Origin: Eledone cirrhosa
Taxonomy: Eukaryota
DNA length: 64,000 nucleotides
Direction of reading: 5' to 3'
Assembly (NCBI GenBank): GCA_964016885.1
Contig: OZ024740.1
Location: forward strand, 320,664,001 to 320,728,000
The notes beneath the pieces are model-generated. The model was not told the DNA's origin and searched no databases. It saw only the letters and a program-made list of their open reading frames with translations. The number at the start of each line of letters is the position of its first letter. Positions within the stretch are counted from its first letter, which is position 1. Position numbers and translations under genes: made by a program. This document shows positions 11,601-22,001 of the stretch, piece after piece.

Positions 11601-14488
11601 GCTTTCCCACCAATTACTCCCAGCTTGTCTCCAACTGTTGTTGCTCAAGACACTGTTTGTTAACCGAGACGTTTTATATTTGGAAACATTGTGAACTGAT
11701 TTGTTCATGATGAAAGATGTTTGTGAACCGAGATTTCACTGTATCTGTACACTGTTGCTACAGCTAGGCAGACAAATATACTGTATGGTAAATGAAGCAG
11801 TTGACCTAGGGACTCGGTTGAAAATGAGTACCAGCAATCACTGGGGGTTTAACCCAGGGGCTTTGTTATTAATATTATTATGAGGGCAGTGGATTAGCAG
11901 TATCAGTAGAGCATCAAACATGCTTTGCAGCATCGGTAGAGCATCAGACATGCTTTGCAGCATATAGTTACGTTCCTTTACGTAGTGAGTTCAAATCCTG
12001 CTGAGGTTAGCTTTGCCTTTCATCCATACGGAGTTGATAAAATAAAGTACCAGTAACACACTGGGGTCGATTTCATCAACTTTCCCCTTCCCTTCAAATT
12101 GCTGGCCTTGTGCCAAAAGTAGAAACAATTATTATTATTATCTACTCATTTAGGGCATTGAATTAGTTGGGTCATAAAAATAGTATTTGTTCCAGCTCTT
12201 TTCATTCTGAGTTCAAATCTTGCCACAGTCAAATTTGCCTTTCATTCTTCAGAGGTTGATAAAATAAAGTGCTAGACAAGTACTGGTATTGATATAATCG
12301 ACTTTCCCCCTCCTCACAAATTGCTGGCCTTGTGCCTAAATTAACAATATCTACTCATTAGATAATTATTTCTATGATAATAGTTTTTAATTTCTTTACA
12401 AACTGAAATTTTCTCTCATCATCATCATTTTATGTCCGTTCTTCCACGCTAGCATGGGTTAGACGGGTTGTCCTGTTGTGGGCAGTGTCTGGTCGGCTGA
12501 CCATGCCTTGCTCATACAGGAACTGATTTGGCTTGATGTCTACAGCTGGATGCCCTTCCTAACACCAACCTCATTTACAGTGAGTGCTGGGTGCTTTTTC
12601 GTGGTGCCTACACGTCCACTTTACAGTGTGGGCTGGGTGCTTTTTTGCCGTGGCACCTCCACGACCACCTTGCAGTGGGGGGTGTGGGGGCATATTGTCT
12701 ATATGCTTCAGCTTGTACCCATGGGAGGTCGGGTACTCTGTATTACTGCGTGACGCCAGAGGTCACGGTTGTGTGTCATCGCCTTTGAGAGGTGTAATTG
12801 GGTAAGGTCGGCTTTTATCACCTCATCCCAGGTCATCTTGGGTCTCCCCACTCCACGGTTTCCATCGACTTCTAGTGCTCTGCACCTTTTTATGCAGCTG
12901 TCATCCTTCATACGCATCACGTGTCCATACCAACGCAACCGCCTCTCCTGCACACAGCATTTGATTCCTCTTATGCTCAGTCTCTCTCTCAATTCATTTA
13001 TGCTTTGTCGGTCGCGTATATTACTATTACACATCCATCGGAGCATGCAGGCTTCGTTTCTCTCCAATCTACGTAAGTCTTCCACCTTCAGCGCCCAGGT
13101 CTCACTACCATGCAACATCGCTGTTCGGATACACGCATCACACAGTCTGCCTTTCATTCTGAGGGAGAAGCCTTTTGCAGCTAGCAGTGGTAGTAGTTCC
13201 CTAAACTTCTTCCATCCTGTTCTTATTTCTAATTCACTTGGAAAAGGTATTTATCTATATCCACTCCCTCTAAAAATAGCAGACTTCATGATGTGTATGT
13301 TAAATTTATCTTGAGCTATGCAGCTGCAGTTTTAATTTTCATTATTTCATATTTCAAAGAGTGGGGGATTGGCAGTATTGATACAACGTCAGACACCATT
13401 TTGCAACATAGTTACCATACCTTTACGTTCTGAATTCAGATCGCACTGAGGTTAGCTTTGCTTTTCATCCTTACGAGGTCAGTAAAATAAAAGACTAGTA
13501 ATGCACGGGAGTCGATTTAATCGACTTTCACCTCCCAAAAAATTGTTGCCCTTGTGCCTAAATCAGAAACTATTATTTCATTTATGAACTTTTGACACTG
13601 ACATATGATTGGTAAGTTCTTGGTTAACAATGTTCAAAACTGCATATATTGATTATGAATAGTGAAGCAGAAGAAACAGATATCTGCTGTTTGACACTTC
13701 AGCAGTATAAAAAGAAAAATAACACTCTATTTCTTTTCATTGCATCTTTACATACAATAGTTTACTATAATACTTTTTCGGGTTCTTTAGTTATCCTGAC
13801 AATCAGCACAGACGTAAGTATTAAACAGTATGGGGTTCCCACTTCAACAACACATATATGGACATGCAAACATGAATATATACTATTTATATAATCATAT
13901 AAATGCATTGTGAAGGTGCATGGCTTAGTGGTTAGAGCAATGGGCTTGCAATCATGAGGTAATAAGTTTGATTCTCAGCCCGGGTGATGCGTTGTGTCCT
14001 CGAGCAAGACACTTTATTTTCATGTTGCTCCAGTTCATGTTCACTCAGCTGTAGAAATGAGTTGCAACATCACTGGTACCAAGCTGTATCGGCCATTGCC
14101 TTTCCCTTTCCCTTGGACAACATCAGTGGTATGGAGAGAGGAGACTGGTATGCATGGCCGACTGCTGGTCTTCCACAAACAACCTTGCCTGGACTTGTAC
14201 CTTGGAGAACTTTCTAGGTGCTAATCCCATGATTATTCAAGACTGAAGTGGGTCTTTACCTTTTCACCCTATAAATGCCATAAGATTTTTGCAAAAACTC
14301 AGTTATTTTCATCATTTCACTTTTATTGTTTCAGTGTCGGATTCGTCAATGATAAAAAATCGCTTAACTCCTTAATCCGAGAACACTTGTCGCTGAGTGA
14401 TCAACAAGCACTGATACCTGTTGCCCGAGCTTCCATTTCAAGCAGTAGGTCTCGGCTGCACAGACAAGAACGTAAACTAAAACACTGA
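1543..14488 (+). CDS. CENPT: Centromere protein T (CENP-T)-like, 3' part (5' exons lie upstream of the window). Exons 1543-5649, 6369-6397, 8778-8809, 10121-10234, 11246-11350, 14335-14488
   Basis: All junctions are AG/GT and phase-compatible. The spliced C-terminus ...HCVPPRGTTSLLSHYSKISFPSSCADALGSITDDYFENLFEVLSSYANKERRLTICQSDVELYLKNVGFVNDKKSLNSLIREHLSLSDQQALIPVARAS... matches from memory the CENP-T histone fold plus extension (human: DKYFQ..CDDLEVFAAHAGRKTV..EDLELLMRRQGLVTDQVSLHVLVERHLPLEYRQLLIPCA). Stop TGA at 14486-14488. About 1,510 codons visible. Confidence 0.85.
2529..3200 (+). repeat. Coding minisatellite, 28 x 24 bp (8 aa, consensus RSTQEERN)
   Basis: Unit agaagtacacaggaagagagaaat, counted directly from the sequence and translation. 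Confidence 0.97.
4134..5030 (+). repeat. Coding minisatellite, about 32 x 27 bp, two interleaved 9-aa variants (GEAQYESES / GETPKEEQA)
   Basis: Read directly from the translation; more diverged 9-aa units extend upstream to about 3995. Confidence 0.95.
6560..6792 (+). mobile_element. tRNA-derived SINE family A, full copy with duplicated 5' end, inserted in a ~44-bp minisatellite
   Basis: A-box-like tggcagtatcagtag, B-box-like gagttcaaatc and the conserved core. attatctaaggc flanks both sides (TSD-like). Other copies at about 5708, 7700, 7940, 11883, 12150, 13360, 18840, 26945, 32910, 33178, 42138, 43064, 43240 and 44367. Confidence 0.8.
8204..8535. mobile_element. MITE-like DNA element
   Basis: Imperfect terminal inverted repeats tactctcgggtcccaaataat / attattcaagacccgaga. 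Related ends at about 20438 and 49044. Confidence 0.55.
8963..9185. repeat. Minisatellite, about 5 x ~46 bp
   Basis: Unit catcagtagcttgtactagagtatgttatgagatattacataacac repeated with divergence. Confidence 0.85.
9542..9751. mobile_element. piggyBac-type MITE
   Basis: TTAA|CCCTTTAGCAT ... ATGCTAAAGAG|TTAA; same family as 19409 and 46127. Confidence 0.8.
10786..11121. repeat. Minisatellite, about 7.5 near-perfect 45-bp units derived from the RTE 3' UTR subrepeat
   Basis: Unit cacttagcagtgtggactgggtgcttcttgtaacaccaacacaca, preceded by diverged units from about 10520 inside an RTE-tail element starting at about 10355. Confidence 0.92.
11412..11743. mobile_element. pogo/Tigger-type MITE
   Basis: TA|cagtggaacctcagttcacaaac ... 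gtttgtgaaccgagatttcactg|TA. Confidence 0.8.
12417..13222 (-). mobile_element. 5'-truncated RTE-clade LINE (ORF C-terminus, 3' UTR, (ATG)n tail)
   Basis: ORF 12708..13157 ([36 protein letters not shown]) is homologous to the C-terminus of the 59648..62596 ORF. Confidence 0.92.
13912..14262 (+). mobile_element. tRNA-derived SINE family B (CORE/V-like central motif)
   Basis: tRNA-like head tggcttagtggttagagc..gtttgattc, then tgtgtcctcgagcaagacacttt..cactcagctgtagaaatgag. Copies at about 7385-7690(-), 24530-24678(-), 33540-33840(-), 50000-50110(+) and 63935-64000(-). Confidence 0.78.
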
Positions 14489-15264
14489 GGCAACACTTCT
14501 ACTTACAGAAAAAAAATCTTGGAACAGTCATTGCTATATATTTTGTATAAAACTTTTACCAATTCCGAGGTTTCTATGACAACGTATGATTTCTACTCAT
14601 GATTCATACTGTTTTTTTTTTTATCATTCAGATATATTCTCCATTTTGTTTTCTTTTCATCCTCTTTACTCTTTCAATTTTTCTTGAAAATATTTTGATT
14701 AGACAAATATGGTTCCACTGTCAGTCTAGACTGTTAGTGACCAGATTTGTTTCAGAATATTTTTATATTTAGAATGGTTATATCAAGATATTCTTGATAT
14801 AAAATGTATCTGTTGAAAGAACTCTCTTGTGAAAATGGTGTAGAGTTTCCTGAGGCAAATTTGTTGGCAGAGATTTATTATAACTGAAGCAAAGAAAGTT
14901 GTTTGTTTCATATAAAATTATACATGAAAAATACTTGTTTGTTGAGCAAAACAAAATTTTTCTGTTAAAAACTGCAATCATCTCTTCCAAGTGTTGTTTT
15001 TACTCTTCTGGAGAAAAAGATACTGTGTTTGATTAACCAGCACCACATTACAATGATAATGATGGTTCATTACTTAGAAGATATCTAACTGTAAATGAAA
15101 TGTGATAAGAGAGTATTGCAACTAGAAGGTAATGGTGATGTTGAAAGTGGACAAAGAATGCAAAGATATTGGCAAGATTAACCATCAGCAGGAGTAACTG
15201 TTTTTATTTTTAGTGAAGGGGGGAGGGGGGTCAATAAATAATATACTTCTTGGCTTGCCTATGT

Positions 15265-15902
15265 AATATATGAAATGTGTATAATAATGTGTATATAGTA
15301 GTGTAAATATTTCACTTTGTGTAATAAATTGAGACACATCTCTAAATGGAAACTTCCCACATAATCTCATAGTTGTACCAAGATCAAATATATTGTGAAT
15401 AAATGGTTGGTTGATCTTTGAACAGTTATTTTAGTGTAAACTAAACAACCATAATTCTCTCTTATTGCAATTGTTATATGATATATGAAATGTGTATAAT
15501 AATGTGTATATAGTAATGTAAATATTTCACTTTGTATAATAAATTGATACACATCTCTAGATAAAAACCTTCCAATCGATAACATTACGGCCTAGTCACT
15601 AACAAGGTACTTATCTCAAACCCAGCAGAAGCTAAATTATAAAATATAAGCTTGATAAAGAACTTTTTCACATCTCAGTACTGACATTGATCTGTGCATT
15701 GAGCAAGGTAATGCACTTTTTCTGTCCTGTTTACTTTGTGACTGCAAAATGGAGAGCTGAACTAAATGGAAACTTCCCACATAATCTCATAGTTGTACTA
15801 AGATCAAATATCTTGTGAATAAATGGTTGGTTGATTTTTGAACAGTTATTTTAGTGTAAACTGAACAACCATAATTCTCTCTTATTGCAATTGTTATATG
15901 AT
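15265..15902. repeat. Local segmental duplications between the CENPT and RBFA stop codons
   Basis: 15342-15482 is repeated at 15762-15902; about 15265-15345 is repeated at about 15480-15560. Confidence 0.85.
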
Positions 15903-16602
15903 GTATCTAACTTGTGTATACACCTTATCTGTGGCCTTCTTTCTAGCAATTATAAAATAAAATGTTTTTATACTGAGTTCTTTTTATTTAAAACATTTAC
16001 GGTTTTTTTGTTTAGCAATTTTTTAATTTTATTTCTTTCAACTTATTGTTTCTCTCCTCCTTTATCATGTCCAAGGATGGCTGTCTCAGATCAAATTGAC
16101 AAAAGATATGAGTAAAATTGCTGCTATTAATATATCAGATGAGATAGCTAAGTAATGCAATAGGTGGAGCATAGACCTGTCCAACCCTTGCAAGCATAGA
16201 AAAGTGGATGTAAACAATGATGAACAGAGATTAGTGTGTTTTAGAAAGATATAAAGGAGTTCTATATAGAGGTTCTTAGAATGAATGATTTCATGTAATG
16301 TTTGATGTGAGGGGTGTTAAGGAACCTACCAAAAGCAAGCTGCTGGAGACTGTAAAGTGGTTGTGTAGGTGTCACAGCAAAAAGCACCCAGTACACACTG
16401 TAAAGGTGGTTGGCGTTAAGAACGGCATCCAGCTGTAGAAACCTAACCAAAATCAGTTCTGTATGAGCAAGACAGTCATCCGACCTGGCTTGTCTCTCAA
16501 GAAAACTTGTCTAACCCATGCTAGTGTGGAAAATGGTAATAATGATATATGTACACATATGTATGCTCAAAGTATAATTTATTATTCAGAAGTATTTTTT
16601 GA

Positions 16603-19600
16603 TCAGTGTTTCTCATCCTCTGTCATGTGTTCCCTCAAATACTGACCAGCAGTATATTCTGGAGCTTTCTTTTCACTTGTAATCTTTGATCTGAGGAAAT
16701 CTTTAAGAAATTTTTCATCTGGAATCTTAAACTCTGTGTCACAATTTCCAACAAAGAAAGACTTTTGAGAAGATTCACATTGACCTTTCACCTTGTTGAT
16801 GAGTCTGGTGTAATTCAGATCATAAGCTTGATATGTAAATTTAGAGACAGTATTAGAAGAAATATTTACAGAGTCTGATGGTGTTTCTTCAGTTTCTGTT
16901 ACATTGGAGTCATGTTTAACTGTCAAATTATTGTCGACAGTTTGATTTAGCAAAGGTCTGTCTGTATCTGAGAGTGTCACTTTTGGTTCAGATTTGAGAA
17001 AATCACAGTCTGAAGTTGCTTCAAAATCAGGACCCATATCAGCTATTTTTAGCAGTTGAAGTATCTTTTCGTATTCCACAGTGGACATATCAGGCACAAA
17101 TATAATTGGAGGAACGGTACCAACCAAATGATAATCAATCAAGTGTTGTCTGTAATGATACAAATAGTTTCAGAATGGTTAGAAAACAAGCCATCAAACT
17201 GGGTTTTTTTTTAAAAAAATGAAAACGGGATATCACAATAGGAGTGTTTGAGGACTCTGGCCCTCTCGGGAATAAGTGAGCGAAGAAGAAGCAGGGGATA
17301 TTAAGAACCTTACATAATGATGAATATATATGCATTAGAATTTATGACCAAGGCTGGAATTGTTGAATCAAAGACAATCAACTAATTCAAAAATAGTATT
17401 TACATGCAAAAGTTCAAGAAACTTAAAATATCACAAGGAGCACATTGAAAAGGAAATTCAATACATATCCAACACAAACATACTAACATCACCACCACTA
17501 CAGTCATCATCATCATCCAAATAATTCAGTTCATTTGGATGGAACCAAACCCATGCTAGTGTGGAAGATGGACGTTAAACTATGATGATGGAACTAATAT
17601 TCTTAGACAAAACATCAATCAGTAAAATAGCTGTAAAAGGTTTTATTTTTGTTTACCTTATAGAACCAGACTTTTTAGTCAACATATCCTGAATAATTTC
17701 ATCTTGTTCTGTTCCTGTTGCCACCCAGTAGACAGTCACGGATGTAAAGTCATTATCAATCTTCACCTGAAAACGTAGATCAATTTCCTTTTGACTAGGC
17801 ACACGGCTAGTAAGAGGTTTTAGTCAATATAATCCTCAATGATAGTACATGACTATTATTACTGTATATACTTGAATATAAGCTGAGGAATATGTGACCA
17901 AATAATCAATAATAAAATAAGAAGGAGACATATATGATATCTAAACATGTAGATTAGTTGCCTCGGTTAATAAATGGGGTTGGATTTTTGCCCATTTCTC
18001 AGACAAAATTAGGATGGGGTTTGCTTATATTCAAGTATATACAGTACTTATTTTATTAATCTATGATGTAGATATATACCTAGCTACAATAAAACAACCA
18101 GCCATATCCATAATCTTGCCTAAAAAAATCAATATTAATTCTTTACTTTGGAATATGAAATATATCAAGGCAAAAAAAAAAAAATTATTTAACTATCGAT
18201 GCTTTTACAAGGCCATTTTCTGATTTTTTTTATTTATACTTAAGCTGAGCAGTTAAACTAGTCAGTAAGCAGCATTGTCAGGAAAAATAGCACCAAACTA
18301 CTAAAAAAAAATTTCTGCATAGTTGCTTCATTAACAAATATATCGTCAATCGCTACTGCCTATCCTCTTAGCATCTTAAGAATAGAATGCACATTTTCTA
18401 GTCATAAATCCCCCCAAAAGGCATGCCCTGTTTAATAACAAATGCCATTGAAATAGTTATTCTGGCTAAGATACAGTTGATTAAATGAAAGAAAAATATT
18501 TAGTTAAGAAAAATTAACTAACTTTAGAGATTTCAACCATGTTTCCATTTATATTTTCATCCCCAAACTGGATAAGGTCTGAAATGTAATGGTAGAAAAC
18601 TTTGCTGATCTGTTCCAAACGTTTCTGCCTGACAGGATTAATTTTTTTCTTAGAGGAACCAATAATGCTCTGAATGTTCTGGACGGAAGACAAACAAACA
18701 TTTATCATTAAAGACAAAGTATTTTATTATATTTGAAAACTCAAGTAGTTGTCAACAATACATCATTAGATTTGTTTATCATATTTTTATTTCAATCTTT
18801 GAAATAAATAAATTATTTATTTCCAATCAAAATAAATAATAATGGTTTCTGATTTAGACACAAGGCCAGCAATTTTGGGAGAGAGGAAAGACGATTAAAT
18901 CGACCTCAGTGCATCACTGGTACTTTATTTTATTGACCCATAAGTATGAAAGGCAAAGCTAACATCAGTGGGTTTTGACCTCAGAATGTAAAGGGATAAA
19001 ACTACATTGCATCCGATGTTCTACCGATTCTGCCAATCCACAATAATAAGAGTTGATTGTAGGTAATAGATAAATCATCTTTAAATCAGTTGACTTGGCA
19101 GAGCTTTACCAGAACTATTCCAACAACCTCTGGTAGTAAACAAGTTTCACCCATAAATCATATCAGACATACAAGAAAATGACCAAAACCATCCTCCTAG
19201 CTGTAACTCTTAACATGCCTCTTAGAATTGAAGCTCACAACCCTCTACAGTTTACTTACAGCAACATGGGCAAAGAACGTTACCTATAAGTTATCTATGA
19301 CTATCAACTGCATGACTTTTGCCCTCCACTTCAAGACTACAATTTTAAAAAAATGGTGCCTTTATATATTGTATAACCTGTAAGCTTGTCTGCTGTTTTG
19401 CTCCTGGGTTAACCCTTTAGCATTTAAACCGGCCGTATCCAACCAGAATACTCTCATCTCTTTCTGTTCAAACCTGTCATAACTGGCCTTTCATACTGAT
19501 GTTAAGGTATTGTTCTCAAAATAAATAACATCAAAATTTCATAGATTCGATATTTTGTAAGATAAATCCTTTACCACAAAAATACAATCGTATATATAGA

Positions 19601-21486
19601 GTAATGTAAATGCTAAACGGTTAAAGGATCTGTACCAACTTTTCAGAAATCCCCTACTTCAATCAGGGTGGCTCTGTTAGCAGCACCACTAGTGAAAAAG
19701 TTGCCACATCTGCTGCTTGCCTCACCACCAAATGAACATTATATGCATTACATTACCTTGTCCCATATGCACACACACATTTATCTGCTACCAAACTAAG
19801 GACTCACTGAAATAATAACCAATATATTCAGTTAATGTCCATGACCAAATAAAGTATAATTTTAATTTTTGAAGGAGTAAATAGTAATAATCAACTGAGA
19901 CTTACCATTGAATTATAAATTTTTTTCTTTCTGAAATTAAAAGAGAAAAATACTGTAAGATGAAATTTAAAAAATAATGATATATTATGTACAGTGGTAT
20001 TTATTTGGTAGTCAAAATGAACAACTCCCTATCGGAACTGTTTTGCATTATGTACTCCATCTATGAACGACTCACTCCTCTTCTCTCTGCCATATGTTTT
20101 AGCACTGCAGTCATTGCTACAGATGTTGAAGTGCATACCACTTGAACTGACATACAAGACTGCCATGTCAGAAAATAAGTTGATCTGTAACATATTGCAT
20201 AAGTAACAGAAAGTGTTAGAAATGTGTGTTAACCAGGACAAGTTGGTGGGATTGTAACTCAGCACCTGGATCAGCAGTGTCTGCTGTTGGAACAAGATAT
20301 TGGTTAAGGTGTTTGTGAAAAAAGAAAAAAATAGGAAGAGGTCATGAGTGCCAGTCTCAGGAGATACATCTACTACCATTGACTATTCAAATGGGAAGAA
20401 GTCAGGGGGGGGGGGGGGCATGCTGAAAATGTACACGTACTCTCAGGTCTTGAATAATCATCCCCCTACCCTGTTTGTTAATTTTTTCAGATTTTTTCCA
20501 AACATTCCCTTCCCCTGCTTATCTAATTCTGCTAATCTATCTCCGAAATTTTATTGTAAGTAATTCATATTGATGCAGCAGCTTGAGAATCTAATAATGA
20601 TTTTATTTTGCATTAAAAAAAAACATTATATACAACAAAAAAGAACATTACAAGAAATCCCATATTTGCGCGAGTATGTACCGAGGCTGATACATTTGTA
20701 GATATGACAACACTGGGCAGGTGTGATTGCTATTCGTGCAACACATCTTTCCACAGCTTACAGCTGTACATTTACCCTTGAATAAAAGGGTCGCTAATTT
20801 GTGGCTAATAATAATAGACTTTTGTTGTTGCTCTTAAAAATATTTGAATCCAAAAACATCTTCATTAAATACCGTATTTGATCGCTTATAAGAGACACCT
20901 TTTGTCTTCTAAAAACCCTGCGTCTTATAGTGTCATCCGGCAGTTTGGGTTACTGGCTAGTGGAGTTCTAGTGCTTCAGTAACCCTTAAATTAAACTGCA
21001 AATTGAGATGCGTCTTATATGCCGTCAAATACGGTAATTGTTCGCTCTATTCTACTAAAATATTTGGAGATCCATGAAATAGAGACAACTCCGAGGAATA
21101 TAGAGACAGATCCATGACATATAAAGATAGTTCCGCAACGTTCGAGAGATCTGGCGTTCGATTTATCGCAGGTACCTCTGTCCACTTTTTTCTGTCTTCA
21201 GAGGTAGGCGATTTTTTCAACTACTAATATTATTATTATGGTCATTTGTGTTGGAATGCACACATTTCAAATATATTGTATATACATATTTTTCAATGAC
21301 TAAATGACCTATAGGGCAATTTGGCAAATAAAAACATTACAATTTTTCATACCGTTTTCCTCCTTTTAAAAACATCTTTTGTAGAGTTTTTGATTTCATT
21401 AAATCTCTGTGGATACAAGAAAAATGAATTCCTTTCATAGTTTGAATTGGAATTCTATTGATACAACTACGAACGAGGAAAGACAT
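16603..21486 (-). CDS. RBFA: Putative ribosome-binding factor A, mitochondrial (323 aa). Exons 21486-21353, 19930-19906, 18678-18523, 17766-17657, 17149-16603
   Basis: In-frame GT-AG splicing gives a basic, presequence-like N-terminus MSFLVRSCINRIP..., then VEISKVKIDNDFTSVTVYW..IRQHLIDYHLVGTVPPIIFVPD..LLKIADMGP, matching metazoan RBFA (VELSKVSLTPDFSACRAYW..VPPIVFVQD..ADFGP). Confidence 0.93.
17860..18046. mobile_element. pogo/Tc1-mariner-type MITE
   Basis: Perfect 22-bp TIR ctgtatatacttgaatataagc with TA flanks. Relatives at about 25220-25413 and 38785-38995. Confidence 0.82.
19409..19624. mobile_element. piggyBac-type MITE
   Basis: TTAA|CCCTTTAGCATTTA ... TAAATGCTAAACGG|TTAA. Confidence 0.8.
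20870..21036. mobile_element. pogo-type MITE
   Basis: TA|ccgtatttgatcgcttataaga ... tcttatatgccgtcaaatacgg|TA. Confidence 0.75.
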
Positions 21487-22001
21487 GTTTATAACTTTTT
21501 AGAAGGTGGTAAGTCGCTTAAGTCCTACATCAAACCGCAAAAGGAAATAATGGAATCGCAACAAGAAAAACAACGAAAAAAAAAACAAGAAATAATTAAA
21601 AAATATAAAATTGAAAAATTCATTGTCCCAATAGTTTAATTACTAATGAATATTTGCACCTGAGCACTGTACACAATAATAATTTCATTCATTCATAATA
21701 TAATTGTAAAACCATGGACATCCACCCCCGACTGAGAATATTGTTATATGGATTTGGTAGTTATAATTGTGGATATTTAGTTTACATTGAGAATTGGCTC
21801 ATTCAGTCATATTTAGAACTTGTGATAAAGAAGTGCTGGAAAGATGGTTTGTTGTGGTCAGTTGGGAAGTGAAAGCAAATCAATTAAGTTATTTTTAAAG
21901 ATACGTATATCGGTCTATTACACCGTTAGGTAATTGAGACTTACCTCCCTTAGTCTATAAGTGCCAACAAACTATTAGTTTTAAAAAAAGGATAGTTTGT
22001 A
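21487..22001. promoter_or_regulatory. Probable bidirectional promoter shared by RBFA and TCF25
   Basis: Only 515 bp separate the two divergent ATGs. Transcription start sites cannot be seen directly. Confidence 0.6.

Noticed and set aside
13912-13990. tRNA gene
   Set aside because: tRNA-like A/B boxes run straight into a SINE body; no complete cloverleaf.
21409-21639. 76-aa plus-strand Lys-rich ORF in the promoter region
   Set aside because: Non-ATG start, overlaps RBFA exon 1 antisense, A-rich low complexity and no recognisable homology.
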